Shown here one piece after another: positions 35,417 to 44,227 of a stretch of 44,227 nucleotides of DNA. The stretch spans positions 35,661,525 to 35,705,751 of the forward strand of contig NC_068997.1 of NCBI RefSeq assembly GCF_001194135.2. Direction: 5' to 3'. Origin of the DNA: Octopus bimaculoides. Its lineage: Eukaryota. The stretch's first letter is position 1. Every line of letters starts with the position of its first letter. The notes below the pieces were generated by a model. That model was not told where the DNA came from and searched no databases. It was given only the letters and a program-made list of their open reading frames with translations. A program made the translations under genes and the position numbers.

Positions 35417-36557
35417 TGTATANNNNNNNNNNNNNNNNNNNNNNNNNNNNNNNNNNNNNNNNNNNNNNNNNNNNNNNNNNNNNNNNNNNNNNNNNNNNNN
35501 NNNNNNNNNNNNNNNNNNNNNNNNNNNNNNNNNNNNNNNNNNNNNNNNNNNNNNNNNNNNNNNNNNNNNNNNNNNNNNNNNNNNNNNNNNNNNNNNNNNN
35601 NNNNNNNNNNNNNNNNNNNNNNNNNNNNNNNNNNNNNNNNNNNNNNNNNNNNNNNNNNNNNNNNNNNNNNNNNNNNNNNNNNNNNNNNNNNNNNNNNNNN
35701 NNNNNNNNNNNNNNNNNNNNNNNNNNNNNNNNNNNNNNNNNNNNNNNNNNNNNNNNNNNNNNNNNNNNNNNNNNNNNNNNNNNNNNNNNNNNNNNNNNNN
35801 NNNNNNNNNNNNNNNNNNNNNNNNNNNNNNNNNNNNNNNNNNNNNNNNNNNNNNNNNNNNNNNNNNNNNNNNNNNNNNNNNNNNNNNNNNNNNNNNNNNN
35901 NNNNNNNNNNNNNNNNNNNNNNNNNNNNNNNNNNNNNNNNNNNNNNNNNNNNNNNNNNNNNNNNNNNNNNNNNNNNNNNNNNNNNNNNNNNNNNNNNNNN
36001 NNNNNNNNNNNNNNNNNNNNNNNNNNNNNNNNNNNNNNNNNNNNNNNNNNNNNNNNNNNNNNNNNNNNNNNNNNNNNNNNNNNNNNNNNNNNNNNNNNNN
36101 NNNNNNNNNNNNNNNNNNNNNNNNNNNNNNNNNNNNNNNNNNNNNNNNNNNNNNNNNNNNNNNNNNNNNNNNNNNNNNNNNNNNNNNNNNNNNNNNNNNN
36201 NNNNNNNNNNNNNNNNNNNNNNNNNNNNNNNNNNNNNNTGGAAGAGCCCTGCTTCTCACATGGACAACTGTATGTTGGCTGCTCAAGAGTGGGCAGCAAC
36301 AAAAAATCTATTTGTATATGCTCCACAAGGGAAAACAAGGAACATAGTTTACAAGGAGGTGTTATAATCACAACAGCAAGAAAGTATGTACATGATCACC
36401 TTCTTTTACGAAACTTCATTGACTTTCATATATATACGTGTGTTTGGGTGCATGTGTGTATATACATCTCTCTATATAAAGATGATGAGTAGTCTAGACG
36501 GCGTTTTTAAATTTCATTATTCTCTTTAACCCGGGCAACGCCGGGTATTTCTGCTAG
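35056..36557 (+). mobile_element. Non-autonomous Helitron (spans the N gap 35423-36238)
   Basis: 5' A|TCTATATATATAAAA. Helicase tail CFSHGQLYVGCSRVG..LFVYAPQGKTRNIVYKEVL*. 3' hairpin cccgggcaacgccggg followed by CTAG|T. Confidence 0.88.
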
Positions 36558-36990
36558 TATTCTATAAAAAGGTGCCTCGTTGCATTTATTCAAAGAAGAG
36601 AACCAGTTTTATTTGCTACCCTTGTATTAATGGCAGAGTTCTAAAGGATAGTATTCATTACAGAAATATACCAATGTGACTGACTTCAATGTGTGTATGT
36701 GTGTGTGTGTGTGTGTGCTTTTTTTTTGGGGGGGGGGTTATATGCATGCATGTATGTATGTATGTACGTATATACAGGCTTGGTGTTCAGAAAGGCACTA
36801 AACCTTTATCGTAGGCAATAAGGCTTGTATTTAAGACTACATTAGTCAAAACATTCTATAGCCATAATCAACTGTTTAGTCTAAAATCACAAAACTCAGA
36901 GTTAAATTTTAGTGTTATAAAGATTAACTATATAAAACTTTAGCATTGTAGTTAGATAGTAAACAAAAATCATCAACTGAAAGTTCGTAC

Positions 36991-37109
36991 TTGCTTTTGG
37001 TGTTCTTATTCACTGTAAGAAGTTCTGCAACATCTGAAGTAGTCATCTTCTGAAAACAATCACGCCAGCTTGGAAGCAGTTTCTCCCAGTGATTCAACAC
37101 AAAAAAGTC
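36991..37109 (-). CDS. METTL25B: Upstream internal coding exon of the METTL25B/RRNAD1-like gene
   Basis: Acceptor attttaaAG and donor AA|GTACGA. 119 nt translating DFFVLNHWEKLLPSWRDCFQKMTTSDVAELLTVNKNTKS, similar to human EFFTDNLWDTLPCSWQEAL (recalled). Its trailing AA plus the G at 16966 forms AAG (Lys) in frame. Confidence 0.88.
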
Positions 37110-37182
37110 CTTTAAAATATATATAAAATTACATTTAGAAATAGCATTTTATGAAATATACAATATTTAAATAACACTAAAA

Positions 37183-40100
37183 CCCTTTAGCATTCAGATT
37201 ATTCTGTCAAATGTAATGCTTATTTATTCAGATTGCTTTGAATTAATCATAGCTTATCTCGCAGTACTGGGATTTCAATGATGTCATCATCATCATCATT
37301 GTTGTTGTTTAACTTCCACTTTCCATGCTGGCATGGGTTGAACGGTGTGACTGAGGGCTGGCAAGGCTGCACCAGGCTCGAATCCATCTGGTAAAGTTTT
37401 TACAGCTGGTTGCCCTTCCTAATGCCAACCACTCTGAGAGTATAGTGGGTGCTTTTTACGTACCACCGGCATGAGGGCCAGTTAGATGGTACTGGCATTG
37501 ACTATGTTTGAATGGTGCTTTTTACGTGCCACCAGTACGGGAGCCAGTCAGGTGGCACTGGTAATGACCACACTCAAATGGTGCTTTCTACATGCCACCA
37601 GCATGGGACCTGTCAGCCGGCACTGGCAACAACCACGCACAAATGGTGCTTTTCACATGCCACTGGCACGGCAGCCAGTCAGGCAACACTGGCAATGATC
37701 ACACTTGAATGATGCCATTTATGTGCCACTGGCACAGGTGCCAATCAGGCAGTACTGTCATCGGCCACAACAACAATTTCACTTGCCTCAGCAGGTCTTC
37801 GCAAGCTCAGTTTATTGTCCAATGATTGAAGGGTACTCTTAAATGGACTGGTTATGCTACACTAGCATAGGCCATGGTTACGGACTCATTTGGCATGCCA
37901 GGTCTTTTCAAGCACAATCTCGCAAGGTCTTGGTCACTTGTCATCACCTTGGTAAGGCCCAACGTTCGAAGGTTGTGCTTCAACACATCATCCCAGGTCT
38001 TCCTCTTCCACAAGTTCCCTCTACTGCTAGGGTGAAACACTTTTTCACAGCTGTTCTCATTCATACACATGTCCATACTAGCACAGTCGTCTCTCTCGCA
38101 CACCACATCTGATACTTCTTATGTCCAACTTTTCTGTCAAGTGCTTACACTCTATGCACACTGACATTACACATCCAGCAGAGCATACTAGCTTCATTCC
38201 TTGCAAGCTTACGCATGTCATCAGTAGTCATGGCCCATATTTCACTACCATGTAGCATGGCTGTTTGCACACATGCATCATACAGCCTACCTTTCACTCA
38301 GCAGAGGTAGGAGCCCTCTGAAGTTTGTCCAGGCTATTCTTATTCTAGCAGTTACACTCTCAGAGCATCCACCCCAGCTACTAACTTGGTCACCTAGGTA
38401 ACAGAAACTATCAACTACTTGTAGTTTGTCCCCCTGGAATGTGATGGAAGCTGTTTTCTGCACATTTTCAGTGTTTATTGCTCCTGAGCATTTGCCACAC
38501 ACAAAAACTATCTTCCCAGTTAGCCTTCCTTTGATATTGCTGCACCTCTTATGTGTCCNNNNNNNNNNAGCATTTGCCACACACAAAAACTATCTTCCCA
38601 GTTAGCCTTCCTTTGATATTGCTGCACCTCTTATGTGTCCATAGCTTACACTGGGTACATCTTATAGAGTTTCTACCTACGCCTTTTCTACAGATCGAGA
38701 AGGGTCATCTACCTCAAGGGATCTGTGGTTTGTCTGCCTTCCTACTTACTAAGACTTCGATTTTTGCTAGATTGACTCTAAGGCCCTTCGATTCTAGACC
38801 TTGCTTCCACACCTGAAACTTCTCCTCTAGTTCTGATAGTGACTCAGCTATTAGAGCAAGGTCATCAGCATAGAAAAGCTCCCAGGGGCATTCAGTCTTG
38901 AGTTCCTCTGTTATTGCCTGGAGGACTATGACGAATAAGAGGGGCCTGAGAACTGATCCTTAGTGGACCCCTACCCCAATCCGGAATTCTTCACTGTACT
39001 CATTGCCAACCCTAACCTTTCTGACAGCGTCCCTGTACATGTCTTGTACAACTCTCACTAACCATTCATCTATCCCTAGTTTCTACATTGACCACCATAT
39101 AAGGGAAAGCCAGGCACAGAGGTTTATCTTTGGGTAGGTATTTCTCCGGCAGCTGTCTTACCAGAAATATAGCATCACTGGTGCTTTTCCCTGGCACAAA
39201 CTCAAACTGCATCTTGTCTAGACTGACTCTCTCCCTAATTAGTTGGGCTATGATCCTCTCTGTGACTTTCATTACCAATAACTTGATACCTCTGTAATTA
39301 TTTGTATCTAATGCATCACCTTTACCTTTGTAGCAGTTGACTATGGTGTTGCTACACCAGTCATTAGGTATGACTCCTTCATGTATCACCTGATTGACTA
39401 TACAGGCGACTAGATTATAGCCAACACCTCCAGATATTTTAAGCATCTCTGCAGTGATTCCTGCTGGGCCGTGGGCTTTCCCTGTCTTCATACTCTTAAT
39501 TGTTTTATCTACCAAGGTACTGTCAATTCAGATTGCTGGTCCCTCTGTTGGGTCAACAGACCCTCTTTCTCCCATTCATTCTCTTCATTTAGCAACCTTT
39601 CATAGTGGCATCTCCAAGTCTCTCTCCTTGCAGCCTCATTAAATGCAAGTGAGCCATCATCCATGCAGACACATTTCTCTCCTATGACATCATGAGTCTC
39701 TCCCACACACTGTCTTGCAACACGAAACACTTCACGTGTTTGGTCCTCACAATGCAGAACATTGGCAAATTCTTTCTTATCTGCTTCCCCTCTAGCTAAG
39801 TAAACCTGTCTCCTAGCTTCCCTACTGGCAGTCTGATACAATTCCCTGCTACTACTGTTCTTCCAGTCCTTACATGCCTGTTTCTTTTTCCTAATGGCCC
39901 TGTCAACTACATTGTTCCGCCACCACATTATCTTGGGTCGAGAGGAGACTTTGCACCATCCACAGATCTGGTCAGTAGCCCTCAACAGGTTGTCCCATAG
40001 AAACCTCTAGTTGACTTCCACATCATGTGACGCTATATCCCCCTCCATTTCGTCAAAAGCTTTGAGTAATACGTCTCTAAATCACTGTCCATTTGCAGGA

Positions 40101-40850
40101 TCCTTAAGCTTCCAGACCCTTCTTCTCCATGCTGGTCATCTTCTGGGCATCTATTTAGCCCTGATCCTGAATTCGCTAACTACTAATCTATGCTGTGGGG
40201 TGCATTCTTCACGTGGGAAGGTTTTGGCATTTATAAGTGGCCATCTTTCCCGTTTCCTGGTAAGGATGTAGTCAATTTGACTAGTGCGTCCACCAGATCG
40301 GTAAGTGAATGGGTGACTGGCAGGTTTCCTGAAGTTAGTATTACAAACCAAAAGATCATTTGCATCACAAAACTCCAGCAACCTGGTTCCCTCCTCATTG
40401 CAGGAACCAAAACCATAGCCTCCATGTATGCCATGGAAGCCCCCTGCATGTTGTCCAACATGCCCATTGAAGTCACCAGCCACAAAGAAAAGGTCCTGTC
40501 ATTCGTCAACGAGGTAGTCAGCAAGAGGGTGTCATAAAATCAGTCTTTGTGTTCATCATGAGGGGCATAATCCTAGATAATAGTTGCTAACCCATGTTGC
40601 AGCACTAATCTAATTTTAAGTATTCTATCACAGACTCTGACTACCTCAATTACTTTATGAACCCATTTCTCCGCAAGAAGTATACCCATGCCCCTCAGTG
40701 TTCTCTGCCCAGAAAATCTTATACCTATGTTCTTTGCCTGTAAGGAAGCTAGCAGAACTTCTACTCCACCCTACTTCTTGGATGTAGCACAAATCTACAT
40801 TGTAGGGTAAGTGTAAGATGCCAGATCTGGCCATGTTAAATACTAAAGGG
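37183..40850. mobile_element. Small piggyBac-type MITE split by an RTE insertion (native parts about 37183-37283 and 40798-40850)
   Basis: Ends CCCTTTAGCATT and AATACTAAAGGG|TTAA. The left TTAA is degenerate (taaaa). Confidence 0.65.
37284..40797 (-). mobile_element. Near full-length degenerate RTE-clade LINE (APE, RT, 3' UTR, GAT tail)
   Basis: Minus ORFs read AGDFNGHVG..HRLVVSEF, WCKVSSRPK, NYRGIKLL and YLGDQV. The tail appears as catcatcatcat at about 37284. Confidence 0.92.
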
Positions 40851-41708
40851 TTAAACTAATTATCATGTAGTTAAATTAGTGTTAGCATATTTAATACATT
40901 GAACATCAAAAGCCTAACTAGAAATACTTATATGATGAGGAAAAAAAAACAGCACATCAATTAACAGTTTGGATTCTTAACTGACCACCTCAGCAAAGCA
41001 AAGACTATTCTAAACTGACCAAAATATTTCTAATTAGATTTTTAATGCTCACTACATTAAATGTAACAACAGCAGCAGGAAGCCGCACATTTGGTGCAAT
41101 CATGAATCTACTTTTGGCAGTACTTACTTGGATGTTTGAAACAAATAGCACCTTTGAAAAATTACCTCAGTGAGTTATTAATTATCATGTAAATTAGTTA
41201 ATTTTATATAGAATTCTATTACAGCCAACTGATGCATAACCAGCTTATTTTGTTGCAATTATTCACAAGGGTATGTATCTAAAATTAATTTCTTCTTGTA
41301 TTTGTACCAGGGTAGAAAAATTGGTTGCTAAATACAAGAAATTATGCATTGCATTTCCATATTAGAGAAGGTGTTATATAAATTATGACAATGAGAAATA
41401 TTGTATAATAGATATGTATAAATATTCAGAAAAACCAAAGAGCAGCTCATAAATATAACAGAGAACTAAATACAGGGTTTGCAAGAAACTTAAGGTTCAA
41501 ACAATTTCACAGAGGCTACATTTTACACTTTTTATACAGTCCATTGCCCTCAAAAGTTTAATAAAATTTAGAATTGTGTGTTTAATGTTTAGGAAAAAAA
41601 AATACAGATTGTTATTTAAAAGAAAAATAAACAGAAACAACTTTGAATAAGTAGTGATTTCTAAATAAGCTGGTAGTGAAATAATTCTGTAGAGTATACA
41701 GTCATCTG

Positions 41709-43319
41709 TCTATCTACATATCTATAAAAGTGAGGTTTTGTGTGTGTAAACTTGCATAACTTCTGAAGTTCACAAGTGATTTTCTCCAAACTGGGAACAT
41801 ACATTACTTATGTTCCAGAGATGGTTTTAGACTCTCAGAAGTTTTCACATAATGAGTAGCGGGCCCTCTGGGAGCAGAAAACACCCTTTCCTGAGTTACT
41901 TGGAAAAGGGTGATAACTCTTTGCAAAGTAACTTTCAGATTATTGATTTTCTCCCTTACATCCATTGGTAAAAAACTATGACAATCTCAATTGGCTGTGT
42001 GAAAGAGCAATACTGGCTTCAAAAAACAGCACTGTAAGTAAAATTAATGAGCAGCTGTTAACAGTACCTTCCTGGAAGTATTCACATCTATAAGTCAGAT
42101 GATACAATCCCAGGTCCAGGAGAGGGTGTAAATTATCCAACAGAATTTTTCAATTCACTGGAGCCTCCAGGACTACCTTCCCACAGATTGGAACTTAAAG
42201 TGGGAGCTCCAGTAATGTTATTGAGGAATTTGGATCTACTAACACTCTGCAATGGGACACACCTGGTAGTAAAGCAGATGATGCCACGTTATTGAGGTCA
42301 CCATTCTCTCTGGATGTGGAAAAGGAGAGTATGTTTTCATACCCAGAATTCCTCTCACTCCATTGGGAACAGAAATTCCTTTTTCATTCAGAAGAAAACA
42401 ATTTCCAATTCATATCAGCTTCACAATATCTATCAATAAATCTCAGGGTTAAACACTGTCTATAGTAGAACTTCACTTGGAAGAGTCATGCTTCTCACAC
42501 GAGCAATTAAATGTTGGCTGCTCTAGAGCGGGAAGCAAAAAAAATCTATTTGCATTTGTTCCATAAGAGAAAAGAAAGAATATTGTTTACCAAGAGGTTT
42601 TGTAGGAATTACTACATCCTACATATATTCCAGTATCCATTGCTCTTTGTGAATAGTGAAGATGGATACCATTTTGGCATAATACCAACAAACTCGAAGA
42701 CAGCATCAACAAAACAGTTTCCTGCGTGGACTCCAGAATCAAAGCAAATTCTCTAAGTAGTCACACCAACCACATGGTAAGCGACTACGCCTTACTTTTT
42801 CAAGTAATTCATTACTACACATTCTCATGTAACTGCATAAGCTCAGTATATGTTTCTTATTCTACAGCCACACCAGCAATCCATTCTCAAACCTTCACTT
42901 TCTGCAACATTTCAACAGTTCACTTCCCCATTTCTGTCTCCCATTGCAGCCCCTTTCTGGAATGTATCCATTTACATACATTATCTCCATTACACCTACA
43001 TTCATTTGACTGTCAACCATACAATGGGCTGTGTTAGATGCAGTGCCAACCACTGTAAAGGAGAGTATATCCACTGACAGCTTTTCAGTGCATTTAAAAA
43101 TCACATACACCCCACCCCCAATTTTCCACGACAGGTTAGGACCTGGAATCCTCCAAACAGATGCATGACATATCACTTAGTTGAATTAGTCCATCATTTA
43201 CTCCACAAATGTTTTGTTGTCAATGCTGCACTTTCCCGTCTCACGTTTCAACATAACTGCAATATATATATACAAACTATGCCATTTTAGTCCCAAGCAA
43301 TGCCAAGTATCTCTGTTAG
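41709..43319 (+). mobile_element. Older internally deleted Helitron retaining the PIF1 helicase C-terminus (about 42000-42606)
   Basis: 5' tctatctacatatctataaaag. Helicase reads PTEFFNSLEPPGLPSHRLELKVGAPVMLLRNL..LCNGT..FIPRIPL..QFP..SINKSQG..CFSH. The 3' end is decayed: cccaagcaatgccaagtatctctgTTAG|T at 43292-43320. Confidence 0.8.
42880..43170 (-). mobile_element. Possible old LINE APE-endonuclease fragment
   Basis: IGGGVYVIF..VMEIMYVNGYIPERGC..WGSEL resembles the APE motif GVG..NVISAYAPQVGC..FWSEL. Confidence 0.35.
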
Positions 43320-43930
43320 TTTCTAACATATCCCAACGTTTACTTCAACTTCAAATTAATGAAATTTCAGCCTAGCAGCTTTTGAATATGGAACAGAGAG
43401 GAAATAAATACTATAATTCATTTAATCTAACATTCTGCATTTTGTCTATTCACTGTGAGCAAGGACAATAAATATTGACTTTATATGTCCTCCCAACGTG
43501 ATTTTCGACTCCTGTAGGCTGAGCAAGGAGTGAGTTCAAGTATGTTGGTCCTTTCAACTAACGGTTTTAAGCATGCAATGAACAAAATTCAGTATAAATT
43601 TATCTTATTGTAAAATCGAAGAAAACCTTAAATCGAAGGACAGATTCTAAATACATATGGTAAATAATTCTATACAAAACATAAATCAATTAATACATTA
43701 AAATTAAAATTTAAAATTTTCACGCTGCATTACATAGATATTTTTCAGCAGTATAGACACACACTAAACCATCTATAATATACATATATGCACGCGTAAA
43801 GACGCCAGCGAGTATCGAGTAAGAAAAGAAAAGATACTTCGAGTAAGAAAAGAAAGGAAACATACTTCCCAAATTGTGCGTAACAAACACACACAAAATA
43901 AAATTACATATATATATATATATATATATA

Positions 43931-44227
43931 CTAGCAGAAATACCCGGCGTTGCCCGGGTTAAACTGAATAATGAAATCTAAAAACGCCGTCTAGACTACG
44001 CATCATCTTTATATATAGAGATGTATATACACGCACGCACCCAAACACATGTATATATATGTATATCAATATAAATATATGAAAGTCAATGAAGTTTCGT
44101 AAAAGAAGGTGATCATGTACATACTTTCTTGCTGTTGTGATTATAACACCTCATTGTAAACTATGTTCCTTGTTTTCCCTTGTGGAGCATATACAAACAG
44201 GTTTTTTGTTGCTGCCCACTCTTGAGC
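43931..44227 (-). mobile_element. Helitron 3' end, same family as 35056-36557, continuing beyond the window
   Basis: A|CTAGcagaaatacccggcgttgcccggg is the reverse complement of the hairpin and CTAG end. Near-identical to 36283-36557. Confidence 0.9.

Larger units (their letters stand above)
8989..38568. other. Assembly gaps at 8989-9157, 15517-16167, 22031-22343, 25302-25347, 27383-27392, 35423-36238 and 38559-38568
   Basis: Runs of N. Confidence 1.

Noticed and set aside
15090-36492. Long ORFs of 250-380 aa in the ORF track (15090-16566, 21862-22401, 35339-36492)
   Set aside because: They are open only because they run through N gaps.
37470-37760. Regularly spaced short repeats resembling a CRISPR array
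   Set aside because: The units are degenerate, the intervening sequences are related to each other, there are no cas genes, and the region is an RTE 3' UTR in a eukaryotic genome.
38488-38639. Exact ~71-bp tandem duplication in an RTE
   Set aside because: Same pattern around the 10-N gap at 38559-38568; an artefact.
41050-41180. Strong minus-strand donor (CAA|GTAAGTA near 41128) as a candidate first exon of METTL25B
   Set aside because: No adjoining reading frame resembles the METTL25B N-terminus. The first exon was not located.

Overview
AT-rich animal genomic DNA with 7 N-gaps. The repeat families resemble ones I recall from octopod cephalopods (inference, not verified by search). Two coding exons of a METTL25B/RRNAD1-like methyltransferase gene lie on the minus strand (37109-36991 and 16966-16681). 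They have canonical AG/GT sites, matching phase, and a 20,024-bp intron between them. I found no other exon, so most or all of the window is probably intronic. The rest is decayed, heavily nested mobile DNA: a Gypsy remnant, seven RTE-clade LINE copies, an R4/Dong-like LINE, a Penelope-like element, four Tc1/mariner remnants, four Helitron pieces, tRNA-derived SINEs, a piggyBac-type MITE and a solo LTR. The most unusual items are: (i) a Penelope element whose pseudo-LTRs carry a tRNA-like A/B-box module next to a minimal hammerhead-ribozyme-like fold, with the whole integration bounded by a 12-bp TSD; (ii) a non-coding miniature LTR retroelement with two ~1-kb LTRs, a perfect tRNA-Trp PBS, only 153 bp of internal sequence and a 4-bp TSD; (iii) a pre-miRNA-like hairpin that pairs best on the host gene's sense strand; (iv) several templated or fold-back rearrangements. 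No intact TE ORF, rRNA, bona fide tRNA gene or CRISPR array is present.
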